Assembly (NCBI GenBank): GCA_002269645.1
Contig: NIVC01000631.1
Span: 1 to 64,000 of the forward strand
DNA length: 64,000 nt
DNA from: Macrostomum lignano
Taxonomy: Eukaryota
Direction of reading: 5' to 3'
Each line of letters starts with the position of its first letter. Within the stretch, counting starts at the first letter, position 1. The position numbers were made by a program, and so were the translations under genes. The notes beneath the pieces were generated by a model that ran no database searches, was not told the origin of the DNA, and worked only from the letters and a program-made list of their open reading frames with translations. This document shows positions 61,841-64,000 of this stretch, in pieces.

Positions 61841-62559
61841 ATCATGGCATCAGGCCATCTATTTTGAAGAGTCAGGTGTCTTAGAGACCACCTTGATCAG
61901 TTTTATAGACTTCTCCTTTAACTCTTCGTAGCCATTGGACACCTTTGGTGTTATTGGTCCCTATAGCCACTCACTTGGTAAGTAATAATAATAATATGTA
62001 GGGCTATATGATGCCCAGCCAGCTAAAAGAAAGATAAGGTAATGGGAGGGGGGAAGGTAAAATGCGAAAAAGCGTGAAGGATCGCCGGTGCCCGGTGAGA
62101 GAAAGTGGATAAGCAATTTCCGTCTTGTCCGCTCGTATATGCTCCATCAGCTCAGGCCACAGGCGGAGGCTGTAAACGCTTTGCAGGGATCATGGAAGGG
62201 GGGCAGGAGAGCCCCACAGTTGGACTCAGTCGAAGACTAAACGCCCTGCACGCCATATTCGAGTGGGTCGATGGACTGGAGGGGGGTTGGGTTGCTACCT
62301 GTTGATTGACTGCCGCGGCATCTCCGCACCGCCTGCGCCTCGAAGCGTCCCAGGCGCTCTGGGATTTTGATCTCGTCAGATTTTTTTTTGCCGGGGCTGG
62401 AGAGGGATCGGCAGGGGGCCGAGTGGAATGGCGCGGATCGTTCGACCGAAGCTGGCGATCCGATTTCATGTCAGGCGTGCCAAAGCGGTGCGCGGCTGAC
62501 CCTGGGGCGAGGAGTTAGGGCGGGCCACCATATAGATGCATTTTATTAATGTGTGCCTG

Positions 62560-62940
62560 CACTTCTGACTCCTGACATCCACTGATTCCGGACTCCAGTC
62601 GATTCCTGACACCCCGCCGATTCCTGACACCCCCCGATTCCTGACACCCCCCGATTCCTGACACCCCGCCGATTCCTGACCTGACACCTCGCCGATTCCT
62701 GACCTGACACCTCGCCGATTCCTGACCTGACACCTCGCCGATTCCTGACACCCCGCCGATTCCTGACATACACCAATTTCTGACACCGACCGATTCCTGA
62801 CACCCCGCCGATTCCTGACCTGACACCCCGCTGACTCCTGACACCCCGCCGATTCCTGACCTGACTCCCGCTGATTCCTGGCACCCGCGTATTGGTGACA
62901 CCCCGCTAATTCCTGACACCCCGCCGATTCCTGACACATG
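62560..62940. repeat. Minisatellite, 18-23-bp units (GATTCCTGACACCCCGCC)
   Basis: About 18 variant copies. Confidence 0.9.
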
Positions 62941-63391
62941 TCTTTGCCTGCTCATGTCTTTGCAACTCCTGAGACCTACGTACGACAACCTTTGACACCG
63001 ATAATTCTTGACACCAACAACTCCTGACAAGCAAGGCTCATGAAATCCTTACGGCTTTTGAAAAGCTGCTGGCCTCTCCACTGGGCAAAAAGTCTTGTGC
63101 AACACACACCACAAAAGTGAACTATTGTTCAATTGTATTGGCTACCAGTGGCTACAATTGCATTGGTACAAGCACTTCAAATATTTTTAGTCACTGATCG
63201 TTTGAAGTAAGCAGTTAGTACGGCTACAGAAATTGCATATTTTTGTACAATAATAGAGAATGTTTCGCATTTCGCGCTTACCTTATGCATCTAGTACAAC
63301 AAATGTTACTTTTGGCTGAAATTTGAATCTATGATAATCATAGTCAAAGATATAATCAGCAAGAAAAATGAATTCCCACTCAAAGTCTGCT

Positions 63392-63829
63392 CTAGTAGCT
63401 CCTCGCCCTCGGGCCCTGATAAAAGTTGCGAATGCACTGGCTGAGCTTCTGTCTGGCGCCAAAATTCCTGTCCCTATAGGCCAGCTCGATCAGGTTCGGG
63501 TAGAGGTCCTTGACGTGGTCCTTGACTGGCCCGTCAGCTGGGGAGTCGGTGCCCTCCTGCAGCAGCTCCATGTCCACTCGGATCAGGTACATGGCAATCA
63601 TGGCGATCAAGAGCACGATCGTCACCACGAGCAGGGTGGTCTTCGTGTCAGCGCACTCCTCCTCAGGAGCCAGGTAGTACTGCTCGCTGTACAGGCGCAT
63701 GCCGACCCTGTAGAATGTCGGCGGCTGGCTGGGCGGGCTGGACCGCCCCAAATCCTCGTGCAGGTCTTCATAGATCAGATTCAGTAGGAATATGCTTCTG
63801 TTGATGAACAGGTGCGAGGAATAGTACAT
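63392..63829 (-). CDS. Small single-pass membrane protein (145 aa), unknown family
   Basis: ATG at 63829 (acaATG, preceded by aactag|); TM segment TLLVVTIVLLIAMIAMYLI; GC3-rich codons typical of the real exons here. Confidence 0.65.
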   Translation of the reverse strand: MYYSSHLFINRSIFLLNLIYEDLHEDLGRSSPPSQPPTFYRVGMRLYSEQYYLAPEEECADTKTTLLVVTIVLLIAMIAMYLIRVDMELLQEGTDSPADGPVKDHVKDLYPNLIELAYRDRNFGARQKLSQCIRNFYQGPRARSY

Positions 63830-64000
63830 TGTTGCAGCTAGTTGTGGGTTGCTTTTCTTGCCGGTAAAATAATCCAAACTTTAAAATATTAATTGATGAA
63901 TAAATTTTATTAACTGACATTTTCTTGACATGCCTTATGCAGCCATATATTGCTGTTGCAACTGGGAAGATTCATACCAGATGTCTTTGGTAAAGAGGGT

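Overview
Eukaryotic (animal) genomic DNA: GC-rich, Ala-rich exons sit among introns filled with minisatellites. The style resembles the flatworm Macrostomum, but that is inference only. The minus strand carries four host genes in a row: lipoyl synthase LIAS (2 exons, 45039-48125), an intronless secreted prepro-peptide with an 8-Cys mature domain (33708-34064), cytosolic carboxypeptidase 1 AGTPBP1/Nna1 (8 exons traced, 22521-31794, start codon not located), and the 5' part of SPOP (MATH exons 324-5415; the rest is left of the window). The plus strand carries exon 1 of an mGluR-like class C GPCR (54884-55295). A small single-TM gene (63392-63829) lies antisense to it, probably inside its first intron. 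Mobile DNA: a young 5'-truncated LINE (about 16.2-20.8 kb), a mariner relic with TIRs, a tRNA-derived SINE, a 402-bp MITE, RTE fragments and a dispersed ~200-bp repeat family. The most striking observations are: (1) LINE ORF1 and ORF2 are in the same frame, separated by a single UGA with no AUG before the endonuclease motif, and a linker segment is complementary to the 3'UTR; (2) an 8.3-kb, almost invariant array of ~30.5 x 272 bp is embedded in (GATA)n, and each unit carries a GAA-triloop hairpin with tandem sheared G.A pairs; (3) an unclassified cysteine-rich prepro-peptide; (4) sharply bounded blocks with heavy C-to-T decay that appears to go beyond CpG.
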